64,000 nt of DNA from Polyangia bacterium (GCA_044229835.1 JBGASF010000011.1:10765-74764), one strand, 5' to 3'; positions 9,259 through 24,253 are shown, numbered from the stretch's first letter. Made by a program: numbers and translations. Notes: generated by a model from the sequence alone, not told the origin.

Positions 9259-10533
9259 GTGGCTGCGGTGCTTGCGGAGATCGTCACGATCGGTGATGAG
9301 CTCACCCGTGGAGAGACCGTCGACACCAACTCGGCGTTCCTGGCCGGACGGTTGACGGAGCTCGGGGTGTGCTCGGTGGGCTGGCTGACGTCGTGTCGCG
9401 ACGTGCGGGCGGACATCGCGGATGCCCTGGTTCGTGCGGCTTCTCGGGCGAAGATCGTGCTGGTTTCGGGCGGTCTCGGGCCCACCGAGGACGACCTGAC
9501 GGTCGACGTCGCGGCCGAGCTGGCCGGTGTCGAGGCGGTGGTGGACGAGCCCAGCCGCGAGCGCATGGAGCGTCGCTTCGCGCGCGCCAACTTCAAGCTG
9601 ACGCCGAACAACATTCGCCAGGTGCGGGTGCCCAGTGGGGCGCGGGTGTTCGACAACCGCAACGGGCTGGCGCCGGGGTTCGAGATCGCGCTGCGCGGGG
9701 CGGCGGTGTTCTTCATGCCGGGCATTCCGCGCGAGATGTCGCGCCTGTGTGACGAGCAGATCATCCCGCGCATCGGCGAGCTGCTGGCAGGCGCGCCGCG
9801 GGTGCTGCGGCGGATCTGGCGGGTCTTCGGGGTCGGCGAGTCGCACGTGGACGACCGGCTGTCGGGGCTGCTGGCGGCGGTGGACCCCGGGGCGCCGGCG
9901 GACAGCGCGAGCCTGCACTTCAACGTGCAGTTCCCCGAGGTGCTGGTGAAGGTGATCGCGCGCGACGCCGACGAGGCCCGGGCGCGGGAGCGGCTGGATC
10001 GGTTGGGGACGGAGATCCGGACCCGCCTGGGCGAGGCTGTGTATGGAGAGGGCGACGACGGGCTGCCGGTGGCGGTGGGGGCGGCGCTGCGGGGGCGCGG
10101 GGCGACCGTCGCGCTGGCGGAGTCGTGCACCGGGGGCCTCATCGGCCACCTGCTGACCGAGGTGCCGGGGTCGTCGGAGTACTTCCGGCTCGGCATGGTG
10201 CTGTACGCGAATGAGGAGAAGGTCGCGCGGCTGGGGGTCTCGGAGGCCACGCTGGCGCAGCACGGGGCGGTCTCGCGCGAGTGTGTGGAGGAGATGGCGC
10301 GCGCCGTGCGCGACCTGGCCGGGGCGACCTATGGCGTCGCAGTGTCCGGAATTGCTGGACCTTCGGGCGGCACGCCGGACAAGCCGGTGGGCACGGTGCA
10401 CCTCGCGGTGGCTTCAATGTCAGAGGTGCATGCGAAGGTCCTCTCGTACCCGGGAACCCGCTCGCAGGTGAAACAGCTGGCGGCGCACTGGGCACTGAAA
10501 CTCTTGCTGACCGAGGCTTCGAAACAGTCATGA
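9259..10533 (+). CDS. cinA: CinA-family competence/damage-inducible protein (MoCF-like domain plus PncC nicotinamide-nucleotide amidase domain)
   Basis: AEIVTIGDELTRGETVDTNSAFLA and LVSGGLGPTEDDLT (N-domain); LAESCTGGLIGHLLTEVPGSSEYF (PncC domain). In-frame GTG starts at 9238, 9250, 9259 and 9268, so the exact start is unresolved. The long 5' part of track ORF 8389.. is antisense to PP2C and was rejected. Confidence 0.9.
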   Translation: MAAVLAEIVTIGDELTRGETVDTNSAFLAGRLTELGVCSVGWLTSCRDVRADIADALVRAASRAKIVLVSGGLGPTEDDLTVDVAAELAGVEAVVDEPSRERMERRFARANFKLTPNNIRQVRVPSGARVFDNRNGLAPGFEIALRGAAVFFMPGIPREMSRLCDEQIIPRIGELLAGAPRVLRRIWRVFGVGESHVDDRLSGLLAAVDPGAPADSASLHFNVQFPEVLVKVIARDADEARARERLDRLGTEIRTRLGEAVYGEGDDGLPVAVGAALRGRGATVALAESCTGGLIGHLLTEVPGSSEYFRLGMVLYANEEKVARLGVSEATLAQHGAVSRECVEEMARAVRDLAGATYGVAVSGIAGPSGGTPDKPVGTVHLAVASMSEVHAKVLSYPGTRSQVKQLAAHWALKLLLTEASKQS

Positions 10534-11198
10534 CGGCGACCGACAGCACGGATGCGAAGCGGATCTTCATCGCGGTGAATGCCGAGGTGGAACCGCTGCG
10601 CAAGGTGATGGACGCGCAACTGTCGATGCGCGCCCTGGCCCGCTCGCGCGGGCTCAAAGTCACCTGGGTGCCGGCCGCGAACTTCCACGTCACCGTGCGC
10701 TTCCTCGGCGCGGTCCCGGCCGAGGTGCCGGGCGCGCTGCGCGTGATGCTGCGCGAACGGCTGGTGGACCGGCGACCGTTCAGCTTCGGGCTGGCCGGCG
10801 TGGGTGCCTTCCCGGCGGCCGACAAGCCGCGCATCCTGTGGGCAGGCGTCGAGGACGGTTCGGGGGAGCTGGCGCGGTTGGCCAGCGACGTCGAAGGCTG
10901 GGTGCGCGAGCTGGGCTTTGCCGCGGAAGAGCGGCCGTTCCGCCCGCACCTGACCATCGGTCGGGTCAAGGAGGGCGCCAGCGCGACCGACCTCCTGGCC
11001 CCGCATCAGAGCAAGAGTTTCGGAGTGTCCACGGTGCACGAGGTCGTGATCTACGAGAGCCGGGCGCAGGCGCAGGGCGTGGAGTACCACGCGCTGGGTC
11101 GGGTCGGTCTCGGGCACGGCCAGAGGATCGATTGGCCGGTGTCGCCGGCCTGGTTGCCCGGGCAGCCAGGCGCGGTGGCCGAACCGTCTGACGACTGA
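10530..11198 (+). CDS. thpR: RNA 2',3'-cyclic phosphodiesterase (2H phosphoesterase, ThpR/LigT)
   Basis: Two HxT motifs ([10 protein letters not shown] and RPHLTIGRV). ATG 10530 overlaps the cinA stop (ATGA). Confidence 0.85.
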   Translation: MTATDSTDAKRIFIAVNAEVEPLRKVMDAQLSMRALARSRGLKVTWVPAANFHVTVRFLGAVPAEVPGALRVMLRERLVDRRPFSFGLAGVGAFPAADKPRILWAGVEDGSGELARLASDVEGWVRELGFAAEERPFRPHLTIGRVKEGASATDLLAPHQSKSFGVSTVHEVVIYESRAQAQGVEYHALGRVGLGHGQRIDWPVSPAWLPGQPGAVAEPSDD

Positions 11199-11221
11199 AC
11201 GAAGAATAAGGGGAGAACGCG

Positions 11222-12370
<1,149 letters not shown>

Positions 12371-12390
12371 AGTATTTACAGCTCATCAAC

Positions 12391-12419
12391 AAGAAGGCCC
12401 GTGATGAGCGGGCCTTCTT
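12391..12419. terminator. Stem-loop between convergent recA and the methyltransferase gene (bidirectional terminator candidate)
   Basis: AAGAAGGCCCG (12391-12401), loop TGATGAG, CGGGCCTTCTT (12409-12419): a perfect 11-bp stem. The A/T-rich stem ends give U-rich tails on either strand. Confidence 0.6.
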
Positions 12420-12428
12420 GCGTTTCGG

Positions 12429-13277
12429 CTAGGCGATTGCGGCGTGAAGTGCCGCGATGTGCGCCGGGCCGGTGCCGCAGCAGCCGCCCACCGCATGTGC
12501 GCCCCGGTCGAGGGCGGCGCGACCCGCGGCGGCGAAGGCGGCGGGGCCGACATCGGGGTCGCCGGCGATGGGCTGAAACAGCAGGAAGCGCGGGTCGAGC
12601 GCGCGGGCCAGGGTGAAGGCCTCGAGCATGCGGTCGGGCCGCAGCGAGCAGTTGAGCCCGAGCACCAGCGGCCGCTCGGGCTCGTCGGGTCCCAGCGCGG
12701 CGACCAGCTCGGCGAGGGGCACGCCGCTGACGCTCTCGAGGCCGGCGTCGCTGAGGGCGAACGAGATCCAGATCGGCAGCCCGGGCGCGCCGCGACGCAG
12801 GCCGGCCAGGGCGGCGGTGACCTCGCGGAGGCCGTGCTGGGTCTCGAGGTGCAGGGCGTCGACCCCGCCCTCCATCAGGAAGCTGGCCTGCTCGGCGTGG
12901 CCGTCGATCAGCGTCGCCTCGTCGAGGTCGGGGCGCCACGGCGGTGACACGTCGCCGATGACCCAGCGGCCAGCGGGCCGGACCTCGCGCGCGAGCAGCG
13001 CGGCGCCGAGGTTGATCGCGCGCACATCGCTGCGTCCCGCGGGCTCCAGGTCGTGCCGCGTCGCGCCGAAGGTGTTGGTGTGGATGGCGTCGGCGCCGGC
13101 CGCGAAATAGGCTGCGTACACTGTGCGCACGCGCTCGGGGGCATCGACACTGAGCGCGCACACGGGCCGGACCCGCTGTGTGGGACTGGCCGAAAGGCCA
13201 TCCTGATCCAGCAGTTGCGTGCCGAGGGCGCCATCCAAGACGAGCCCTCGCGCGCCCTTCGACAGCAGCCGCGCCAT
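12429..13277 (-). CDS. Homocysteine S-methyltransferase-domain protein
   Basis: VLDGALGTQLL, IHTNTFGATR and the C-terminal GGCCGTGPAHI (zinc/Hcy-binding Cys pair) are typical of Pfam S-methyl_trans (MmuM/BHMT/MetH N-domain). Start taken at ATG 13277 (MARLLSKG); the track start 13331 is also possible. Confidence 0.8.
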   Translation of the reverse strand: MARLLSKGARGLVLDGALGTQLLDQDGLSASPTQRVRPVCALSVDAPERVRTVYAAYFAAGADAIHTNTFGATRHDLEPAGRSDVRAINLGAALLAREVRPAGRWVIGDVSPPWRPDLDEATLIDGHAEQASFLMEGGVDALHLETQHGLREVTAALAGLRRGAPGLPIWISFALSDAGLESVSGVPLAELVAALGPDEPERPLVLGLNCSLRPDRMLEAFTLARALDPRFLLFQPIAGDPDVGPAAFAAAGRAALDRGAHAVGGCCGTGPAHIAALHAAIA

Positions 13278-13387
13278 CAGCGAACCCAGCACCCTCACAT
13301 AGATCGCTTCGCCGAGGCCATGCGTCAACAACCCTCACACGCGGCGCGACGGGTTCGCCGCGCGAGGCCCTGGTCGGAGGCAGCTGG

Positions 13388-14584
13388 ATGTCGCTGGCGA
13401 TTCGCTTCACCGAGCACGAAGAGTTCCACCGCGAGACCTTCCAGGCCATCGTGGCCGCGGGCTTGGTCGCGCTGGCCACCCACACCGCCGGGCTGGTCTT
13501 TCCGAGCGCGTCGATCTTCGCGCACGGTGGACCGTGGGCGCTGAGTGGGCTGGGGGTGGCCGCGACCTATGCGGTCACGGCTCGGTCACGGCCCGGGCTG
13601 AGCTGGCTGCTCAAGGTGGTGGGCGCGGGGATCGCGGGCGCCATCGCCATGATCCTGATGGGGCGTGAGAGCGGCGAGCCGGCGCTCGGCTTCGCGTGCT
13701 GGGCGGCCTGCTTCGGCGTGCTGCTGGCCTCGGGTCAGCGCGGCGCGCGCTGGCTGGTGGTCGCGGGCGGCACCATCGCGGCGCTGCTGGTCGGGCGCTA
13801 TGTCACCGACAAGGTCTTCGCCGCCACCGAGCTGCACAAGGTGCCGCCGTTCGTGCGCGCGACCATTGGCGGCCTCGGCTTCGGCATCATCACGGCGGTC
13901 GGCGCCGCCACGCGCTATCTCAGCCTGCGCCAGGATCCGGCGCGCGCCGCCTTCCAGGCCGCCGCGCCCAAGCTGACCGGCGAGCTGCGCGACCTGGCCG
14001 AGCGCGCCCACGCCACCCACACCCGCATCGAGGAGGTCCTGGAGTCGCGCAGCGGCGAGCGCGCCGAGGCCACCGCGCGTCAGATCCGCGAGTCCTCGGG
14101 CGCGCTGGTCATCCAGATCTGCAGCATCGGCACGCAGTGGACCGAGGTCGAGGCCGAGGGCGCCCGCACCTCGCCCGAGTCGGTCGCCGCGCGGCTGGCC
14201 GCGCTCGACGCCAAGCTGGCCGCGACCACCGACGGCATCGCGCGCGAGCAGTACAACCTGGCCCGTGGCTCGCTGCTCGAGCAGCAGCGCTACCTGGGCG
14301 AGCTGGCCACCGGCCGCGAGCGCGTCGTCGCGCGCACCCATGCCAACCTGGCCGCGCTCGAGAAGCTGCGCCTCGCCGTGGTCAACCTGCGCTCGGTCGA
14401 TGCCCAGCGGCTGGCCTCGGGCGTGCAACCGCTGCTCGACGAGATCCGCAACCTGTCGACCGAGTTCGACATCCGCAGCCAGGCGACCTCGGAGGCCGAG
14501 GACTTCAGCAGCAGCCCCGCCATCGCGGTGATCGAGCCGGTCGCGTCGGCGCCCGTTCCCAGCCCGACCTCCTACATCAGCTAG
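13388..14584 (+). CDS. Hypothetical polytopic membrane protein with a long C-terminal helical/coiled-coil domain
   Basis: From ATG 13388: several hydrophobic helices (LVALATHTAGLVF, IAGAIAMILMG, ACFGVLLASG, GGTIAALLVG, GGLGFGIITAVG), then ~200 aa rich in A/E/R/L heptad-like sequence. No family recognised. Confidence 0.6.
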   Translation: MSLAIRFTEHEEFHRETFQAIVAAGLVALATHTAGLVFPSASIFAHGGPWALSGLGVAATYAVTARSRPGLSWLLKVVGAGIAGAIAMILMGRESGEPALGFACWAACFGVLLASGQRGARWLVVAGGTIAALLVGRYVTDKVFAATELHKVPPFVRATIGGLGFGIITAVGAATRYLSLRQDPARAAFQAAAPKLTGELRDLAERAHATHTRIEEVLESRSGERAEATARQIRESSGALVIQICSIGTQWTEVEAEGARTSPESVAARLAALDAKLAATTDGIAREQYNLARGSLLEQQRYLGELATGRERVVARTHANLAALEKLRLAVVNLRSVDAQRLASGVQPLLDEIRNLSTEFDIRSQATSEAEDFSSSPAIAVIEPVASAPVPSPTSYIS

Positions 14585-14745
14585 AAGCCCGGACCGGACA
14601 ATGCTCCTGGCTGCGCCAGGAGCATTGGGTAACCTTTTCCCGCCGCCCCCCCACAGCCCCAGAACCCCGGGTAGAATGTCCGCCTCGCCAGGCCGTCAGA
14701 CCTGGCCAGCTCGGGCGGAAACCCGCCGTACCCCAGGAGGTTCTC

Positions 14746-15702
14746 GTGGCCATCCGTCGCATGCTCACCGCGCTCACCTTGGCGCTCACCTTGTCGGTCT
14801 CGCTGCCGGCGCTGGCTGACGAGGCCAACGTCCGCTACAAGCAGGGTCTCGCGCTCAAGCGCCAGAACAAGCTGACCGAGGCCATCGCGGAGTACGAGGC
14901 CGCCATCCGGCTGCGCCCCAAGTATGCCGAGGCGCACTTCGCGCTGGGCAACGCCTACCGGCTGCTCAACCAGCTCGACAAGGCCGTGGTCGCCTACGAG
15001 GCCGCCGCCAAGCTGCAGCCCAAGGCGGGCGACGTGCGCGCCAACCTCGGCGTGGCCTACTACAAGCAGGGCAAGTTCGACCAGGCCCAGGTCGAGCTCG
15101 AGGCGGCCACCACGCTGAACCCCAAGGACGCCATGTCGTGGTCCAGCCTGGGCACGATCTACCGCGAGCTGGCCAAGAAGCTGGCCAAGGCCAACGACCC
15201 CAAGTCGAAGGAGATCGAGGCCAAGTCGATCGCCGCCCTGGAGAAGGCGGTGTCGTTCCTGCCCAAGGACCACCAGATGCTGAACAACCTCGGCGTGGCC
15301 TACCGGCAGGCCGGCAAGCTCGAGCTGGCCAAGGCCAAGTTCCTGGCCGCCATCGCCGCCGCGCCGCAGACCGCCGACTACCACTTCAACCTGGGCGCCG
15401 TGTACCGCCGCCTGCAGGATCAGGACAACGCCATCAAGTCCTACAGCGAGGCGCTGCGCCTCAAGCCCGACCACGCCGGCGCCAACTATGACATCGCCGT
15501 GATGTACAGCCAGATCCGCGAGGACGACAAGGCGCTGCCGCACTACAAGAAGTACCTCGAGCTGACCAAGGGCAAGGATCCCGCCATGGACGCCGAGGTC
15601 GAGGCCAAGATCCGCGCCCTCGAGGGCACCCCCGAGCCCACGCCCACGCCCTCGCCCTCGCCGTCCAAGAAGCCCAAGACCAAGCCCAAGTTCTACAAGT
15701 AG
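14746..15702 (+). CDS. Secreted tetratricopeptide-repeat (TPR) protein
   Basis: GTG 14746 sits 5 nt after AGGAGG (14735-14740). Signal peptide LTLALTLSVSLPALA. At least 6 TPR units (AIAEYEAAIRLRPKYAEAHFALGNAY...). Pro/Thr/Ser/Lys-rich tail. Confidence 0.85.
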   Translation: MAIRRMLTALTLALTLSVSLPALADEANVRYKQGLALKRQNKLTEAIAEYEAAIRLRPKYAEAHFALGNAYRLLNQLDKAVVAYEAAAKLQPKAGDVRANLGVAYYKQGKFDQAQVELEAATTLNPKDAMSWSSLGTIYRELAKKLAKANDPKSKEIEAKSIAALEKAVSFLPKDHQMLNNLGVAYRQAGKLELAKAKFLAAIAAAPQTADYHFNLGAVYRRLQDQDNAIKSYSEALRLKPDHAGANYDIAVMYSQIREDDKALPHYKKYLELTKGKDPAMDAEVEAKIRALEGTPEPTPTPSPSPSKKPKTKPKFYK

Positions 15703-15750
15703 CCGGCCGCGCTCCCCGCCCCCGCTTCCCTGCCTCGCGTTCTCCCTGCT

Positions 15751-17130
15751 CTAGGTCAGCGCCAGCTTCGCCAGCCCCGCCGACACATCCCGCACACCCA
15801 TCAGCTCCAGCCCGGCGGGTTCACTCTCCAGCCGCAGCAGACTCGCCTCCGGCAGCAGCACCCGCTTGAACCCGAGTGACGCCACCTCGACCAGACGTGC
15901 CTCCACACCGCCGACCGCGCGCACCTCGCCCGCCAGCCCGACCTCGCCGAAGACCACCGTCAGCTGATCGATCGGCCGCCCCAGCGCGCTCGACGCCAGC
16001 GCGGCCACCAGGGCCAGGTCGATCGCCGGCTCCGCCAGCCTCACGCCACCCGCGACATTCGCGAACACGTCGCGGCGCGCCACGTCGATGCCCACCCGCC
16101 GCTCCAGGATGGCCAGCAGCAGGGCGACCCGGTTGGCGTCCACGCCCAGCGTCGTGCGCCGCCCGAAAGCCCCGCTCTCGCCGGCGATCAGCGCCTGCAG
16201 CTCCACCAGCAGGGGGCGCGTGCCGGTCAGGCTGCAGGTCACCACCGACCCGGGCGCATTGACCGGCCGCTCCGCCAGCAGGGACGCCGATGGGTTGGGC
16301 ACCTCGGCCAGGCCGCCGCTGCGCATCTCGAACACGCCCAGCTCGTTGGTCGACCCGAAGCGATTCTTCACCGCGCGCAGTACGCGGTAGGCGTGGTTGC
16401 CCTCGCCCTCGAAGTACAGCACCGCGTCGACCACGTGCTCCAGCGTCTTGGGGCCCGCGATCGAGCCCTCCTTGGTCACGTGGCCGACCAGCACCACCGG
16501 CACGTTGTTGGTCTTGGCGTACGTGAGCAGCCGCCCGGCGCACTCGCGCACCTGGCCGATCGACCCCGGGATCGACTCCAGCGCGGCGGTGTGCACGGTC
16601 TGGATCGAATCGACCACCAGCGCCGCCGGCTTCACCCGCGCCGCCTCGGCCAGCATCTTCTCCAGCGCGGTCTCCGACATCACCAGCAAGTTCGCGTCAC
16701 GCACGCCCAGCCGCTGCGCGCGCAGCCCGGTCTGCGCGACCGACTCCTCACCCGACACGTACAGCACCGGCTGCTTGCCGGCGCCCGACGCCAGCTTGCC
16801 CGCCGCCATCAGCAGCAGGGTCGACTTGCCGATGCCTGGCTCGCCCCCCAGCAGCACCAGGCTGCCGGCGACCAGCCCACCGCCCAGCACGCGATCGAGC
16901 TCACCGATGCCGGTGGCGCGCCGCTCGCTGTCGCCGACCACCGCCTGGGCAATCGACACCGCCTGCGCCGAGCCGCCTCCCAGCGCGCCCGCGGGCGCAG
17001 ACCCGGCGCCGACCGAGGGCAACTCCTCCACCATGCTGTTCCATTCAGCACACTGGGGGCACTTGCCCAGCCACTTCGTCTCCGAAGCACCACACGCCTG
17101 ACAGACCCACTGGGTCTTGACCTTCGCCAT
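15751..17130 (-). CDS. radA: DNA repair protein RadA/Sms
   Basis: N-terminal zinc finger CQACG...CPQC, Walker A GGEPGIGKSTLLL, the RadA KNRFG motif (AVKNRFGSTNE), and a Lon-protease-like C-terminal domain. Confidence 0.97.
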   Translation of the reverse strand: MAKVKTQWVCQACGASETKWLGKCPQCAEWNSMVEELPSVGAGSAPAGALGGGSAQAVSIAQAVVGDSERRATGIGELDRVLGGGLVAGSLVLLGGEPGIGKSTLLLMAAGKLASGAGKQPVLYVSGEESVAQTGLRAQRLGVRDANLLVMSETALEKMLAEAARVKPAALVVDSIQTVHTAALESIPGSIGQVRECAGRLLTYAKTNNVPVVLVGHVTKEGSIAGPKTLEHVVDAVLYFEGEGNHAYRVLRAVKNRFGSTNELGVFEMRSGGLAEVPNPSASLLAERPVNAPGSVVTCSLTGTRPLLVELQALIAGESGAFGRRTTLGVDANRVALLLAILERRVGIDVARRDVFANVAGGVRLAEPAIDLALVAALASSALGRPIDQLTVVFGEVGLAGEVRAVGGVEARLVEVASLGFKRVLLPEASLLRLESEPAGLELMGVRDVSAGLAKLALT

Positions 17131-17176
17131 CCCAGACGTCTACCGCGGCACTCTGACATCGACCCCCGAAAGGGCC

Positions 17177-19045
17177 TTAAAACACGACCAGGAGGCGGGT
17201 CTGCAGCGTGTGCGCGGTCTCGGCGTCGCCGACGTCGGAGCCCGACCAGATCGGACCGGCGGCGCCATCCGCCGGGTCGAACGCCGGGTGCGAGAGCGCG
17301 CTGTTGTCGTCGAGGAAGCTGAACGGGAAGAACACGCCGTACGCGATCCCGGCGTGGAAGCCGCGCCCGGCCTTGTCGACGTTCTTGTACGAGAGGTCGG
17401 CGTCGAACTCCATGCCGTACATGCGCGAGTTGGCCGGGGTCGCCACCGGCTCGTCCACGAACGACACGATGCTGGCGGCGTTGAACATGATCGACCCGGT
17501 CAGGTCGTACTCCATGCTGGGCTTGAAGTAGACCGTGTTGGTCACCACCCCGAGGATCTCGCGGAACAGGATGAGGTCGACCTGGTAGTCGGGGTCGAAG
17601 CGGAAGTTCGACACCCGCGAGTCACCCTGGGGCTGGATGGCCAGCGTGCCGCGGTAGTTCAGCGAGCCGCCGGTGGCCTCGGCCTGGTCGCCCGAGGCGT
17701 AGCCGACCTCGATGCCCAGGCGCATGTCGTTCTCCAGCGCGCGGTACTGCGCGCGGGCCACGCCGCCGAACTGCAGCACGTCGAGCTCGGGGTTCGCGGG
17801 CGACAGCTCCTTGGACTCGCCGATGGAGCCGACGATGGCGACCAGCTCGGCCTCGGCGCTCCACTTGCGCCAGCGCAGGCGGGTGGTGGCGTCGAAGATC
17901 CAGGCGCTGGCGTCGCGGTTCACCAGGTTGGCCTTGACCGGGTCCGACCCGACCGCGGTGCCCTTCAGGTCGGTGTCCTTGTCCTGCGCGCGATACACGG
18001 CATACAGACCGTAATCCCAGGCCAGCTGACCGCGCTGCACCTTGGTCTTCCACTGCGGCGGGGTGTGGAACTTGCCGACCACGAAGACCCACTGGCGCAC
18101 GTCGTCGTCGTCGGTGATGTCGCGCGGCTGGCCGTCATAGCGGTTGCGGTAGTCGCTGGCGATGCCGTCGGTCAGGCCGGTGGCGGCCCAGTCCATGCCG
18201 ACCGCGACGCGCAGGCGGGGATCATCGGGCTTGCCCGAGGCGGTGCCGGGGATCTCGGTCACGAACATCACGCGGTCCGCGGAGTCGCCGAAGTCGCAGT
18301 CGAGACACCAGCTCTCGGTGGTGCGGTTCCAGCCGCCGCTGTTGGCCAGGATGCCCATGCCCCAGTGCGACGGCATGCGGCCGAACAGCAGCACGCCCAG
18401 CGGGGTGCGCACCTCGGCCCAGGCGCGCTTGACGCGCACCGCGTCCCAGGGCGAGTTCTTGCCGGCCTCGGCCGGGACCTGGCCGCCCGCGAAGGCGTTC
18501 AGCGGCACGTTGGCCGGGCGCGCCTGGTTGCCGGCGTAGCCCTCGGGGGTGGCGCCCAGGACCTGGTTGTCGAGGACGTCGATCTGCATCTGGATCTTGA
18601 CCTGCTCGTCGATGTTGAAGGTCGGCTCCAGGCGCATGCGCATGTTGCTGGAACCGATGGTCTCGTCGTCGCAGATCTGGGTCAGCGAGTTGCAGCTGCG
18701 GAAGGCCTGCTTGTCGCTGAGGCCGAGCCCGAGCTTGTGGAACAGGTCGGTGCGCAGGCGCAGGTAGCCGTGGATCTCGGTGAAGGCCAGGGTCTTCTTG
18801 TCCTTGGCGATGCCACCGGGGCTGTCCAGCTTGGGCGGAGGCGGCAGGCCCAGGTTGACCACCGCGTCGGGCGGGGCCTCCTCGGCGGGGCCCTCAGGCT
18901 TCTCCTCCTCGTCGGTGGGCATGGTCTGGGGATTCGGCATGCCGCCCGGCCCCATCTGCGCGCGCGCCGGCGAGCTCGCACCCATGAGGATGACGCCCAG
19001 CGCCACCGGTACACCGAGGGAAATCCTGCGGTCCTGCAAGGTCAT
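17177..19045 (-). CDS. Outer-membrane beta-barrel protein (porin-like, family not assigned)
   Basis: From ATG 19045: signal peptide ending ARAQ, an acidic/Pro-rich linker, then alternating amphipathic beta-strand-like sequence rich in aromatic residues and Gly. Ends in the OMP-type terminal ...TRLLVVF. Confidence 0.7.
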   Translation of the reverse strand: MTLQDRRISLGVPVALGVILMGASSPARAQMGPGGMPNPQTMPTDEEEKPEGPAEEAPPDAVVNLGLPPPPKLDSPGGIAKDKKTLAFTEIHGYLRLRTDLFHKLGLGLSDKQAFRSCNSLTQICDDETIGSSNMRMRLEPTFNIDEQVKIQMQIDVLDNQVLGATPEGYAGNQARPANVPLNAFAGGQVPAEAGKNSPWDAVRVKRAWAEVRTPLGVLLFGRMPSHWGMGILANSGGWNRTTESWCLDCDFGDSADRVMFVTEIPGTASGKPDDPRLRVAVGMDWAATGLTDGIASDYRNRYDGQPRDITDDDDVRQWVFVVGKFHTPPQWKTKVQRGQLAWDYGLYAVYRAQDKDTDLKGTAVGSDPVKANLVNRDASAWIFDATTRLRWRKWSAEAELVAIVGSIGESKELSPANPELDVLQFGGVARAQYRALENDMRLGIEVGYASGDQAEATGGSLNYRGTLAIQPQGDSRVSNFRFDPDYQVDLILFREILGVVTNTVYFKPSMEYDLTGSIMFNAASIVSFVDEPVATPANSRMYGMEFDADLSYKNVDKAGRGFHAGIAYGVFFPFSFLDDNSALSHPAFDPADGAAGPIWSGSDVGDAETAHTLQTRLLVVF

Positions 19046-19176
19046 CGCATCCCCTGAAGCAGTCCTGCCCAATAAGACGGAAACGAACGGAAGCACACGA
19101 AAGTGGCGGCACATTAGCAGCCGCCGCGCCCGAGGGTCAACGCGCTGGCAGCCGGGAAAGCTGATACCATCGAACG

Positions 19177-22464
<3,288 letters not shown>

Positions 22465-22550
22465 CCCGCGGTAACTCTTGCTGATTTCAGCATCTATCCC
22501 CATGACTCTGGGCGGGCTATCATGGGGGGTACGCCTTAGGAGTCACTTAT

Positions 22551-24248
22551 ATGCGTATCGCTTTTGTGCTGGCTTGTGTGGTGCTGGGGGTTGCGAGCGG
22601 GTGTGATGAGCAGTCGGGGATCCTGTTCAGGATCCAGGACTCGGAGTCGCAGCCGCCGCCGGACGACATGGATCGCCTGCAGTTCTTCGCCGCCTATGTG
22701 GATGGCGCGGGGATGACGCAGGACATCCGGGTGCCGCTGACGGTCGCCACGGTGAGCGGGCGCGACCTGGCGACCAACCCGTACGATCTGCTGGTCACCG
22801 AGGATGACCACGAGGGGCCGCGGCGCCAGGTCAGCGTCGCGGTGGTGGGGTATCGCGGCGACACCGCGGTGGCCTTCGGCATCGTGGCCGCGCCGCAGAT
22901 CTTCATCGACGGCAAGGTCCTGATGGTGCGCATCAACCTCGAGGGCTTCGCCGGCGGCAGCCCGCCGTACACGATGACGCAGAACGACTGCCTCATCGTC
23001 GGCGATGTCACCTTCGCTGCGGCCAACGACCGCGACTGTGACGGCTACCTGGTCAACGTCGACTGCAACGATCTGAACCCGGACATCCACCCCGATGCCG
23101 GCGAGGTCTGCGCCAACAACATCGACGATGACTGCGACGGCATGAAGGACGAGGAGGCCGACGCCGACGGCGACGGCAAGACCAACTGTGGCGGCGACTG
23201 CGACGACGGCAACAAGCTGGTCTTCGAGGGCGCCACCGAGATCTGCGACAGCATCGACAACAACTGCGACAACAAGTGTGACGACGGCTTCGACAAGGAC
23301 GGCGACCGCCACACCACCTGCGGCAGCAAGGTCAACAGCGACGGCACCTGCTCGACCGAGCAGCCGCAGCCGGCGCTGGTCGACTGCAACGACGACAACA
23401 ACCACATCTTCGGCGGCAACTCCGAGGTCTGCGACGGCCTCGACAACGACTGCGACACCAAGTGCGACGACGGCTTCGACGCCGACAACGACACCTATGT
23501 GTCGTGCGGCTTCGACACCGCGGCGTGCGACGGCGTGTCGCGCCCCGGCCTGCGCGACTGCAACGACGGCGACCGCGCCATCAACCCGGGCGCGCGCGAG
23601 ATCTGCAACGGCAAGGACGACAACTGCGACGGCAAGCCGTACCCCGCCAACGAGACCTGCTACGGCGTCAACGGCGTGTGCGGGCAGGGCGTCCGGTCGT
23701 GCGACGACAGCGTGGGCGGTGCCGGCTATGGCGCGTGCACCGTCGAGGGCAGCGGCGGCGCCGGACTCCCGATGCTGGTGTGCGACGCCTACGGCGCGTG
23801 CGCGTCGAACCCCGAGCCCCTGATGTGCACCGACGGCCGGCTGGGCATGAACGCCAACGTGCGCGTGGTGCGCTGCCAGATCGACTACACCGTGGTGGCC
23901 GCCCAGGGCGCGACGCTGTGCCCGTCGCAGAAGGATCCGTTCAACGGGCCGGCGGCCGCCAACACCTGCATGTGGGACGTGGTCGGCGGCCAGATGCAGG
24001 GGCCGTATCGCGTCGGCTATGCGGCCACGGGGGGCCAGGTGCTGCAGACCAGCACCGAGTGCCCGACCACGTTCCAGGTCGCCAGCTTCACGCCGGCCGG
24101 GACGGTGACCGCGCTGCCCAGCCGCCGCATGTTCCTCAGCCTCAGCGTGGACGCGGCGTCGAGCACGCTGTACTCGGTCGAGCTCATCCCCAACCTGGTC
24201 ACCACGTGCACCGCGGACGGCATGCGCTGCACCGGCGCCAACCCGTAA
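22551..24248 (+). CDS. Cys/Asp-rich lipoprotein with MopE-like 'putative metal-binding' repeats
   Basis: Lipobox LGVASGC. Repeats DCNDLNPDIHPDAGEVCANNIDDDCDG, DCDDGNKLVFEGATEICDSIDNNCD, DCNDDNNHIFGGNSEVCDGLDNDCD and DCNDGDRAINPGAREICNGKDDNCDG, interspersed with DxDGD calcium-site-like motifs. Same architecture as the upstream gene. Confidence 0.8.
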   Translation: MRIAFVLACVVLGVASGCDEQSGILFRIQDSESQPPPDDMDRLQFFAAYVDGAGMTQDIRVPLTVATVSGRDLATNPYDLLVTEDDHEGPRRQVSVAVVGYRGDTAVAFGIVAAPQIFIDGKVLMVRINLEGFAGGSPPYTMTQNDCLIVGDVTFAAANDRDCDGYLVNVDCNDLNPDIHPDAGEVCANNIDDDCDGMKDEEADADGDGKTNCGGDCDDGNKLVFEGATEICDSIDNNCDNKCDDGFDKDGDRHTTCGSKVNSDGTCSTEQPQPALVDCNDDNNHIFGGNSEVCDGLDNDCDTKCDDGFDADNDTYVSCGFDTAACDGVSRPGLRDCNDGDRAINPGAREICNGKDDNCDGKPYPANETCYGVNGVCGQGVRSCDDSVGGAGYGACTVEGSGGAGLPMLVCDAYGACASNPEPLMCTDGRLGMNANVRVVRCQIDYTVVAAQGATLCPSQKDPFNGPAAANTCMWDVVGGQMQGPYRVGYAATGGQVLQTSTECPTTFQVASFTPAGTVTALPSRRMFLSLSVDAASSTLYSVELIPNLVTTCTADGMRCTGANP

Positions 24249-24253
24249 AACTC

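Noticed and set aside
19146-19162. Sigma-54-like promoter TGGCAG-N-AAGCT upstream of the Cys-rich lipoprotein operon
   Set aside because: The GG-to-GC spacing is 11 nt rather than the canonical 10. The -12 element is AAGC rather than TTGC. It would also place the transcription start essentially on the start codon. Not supportable from sequence alone.
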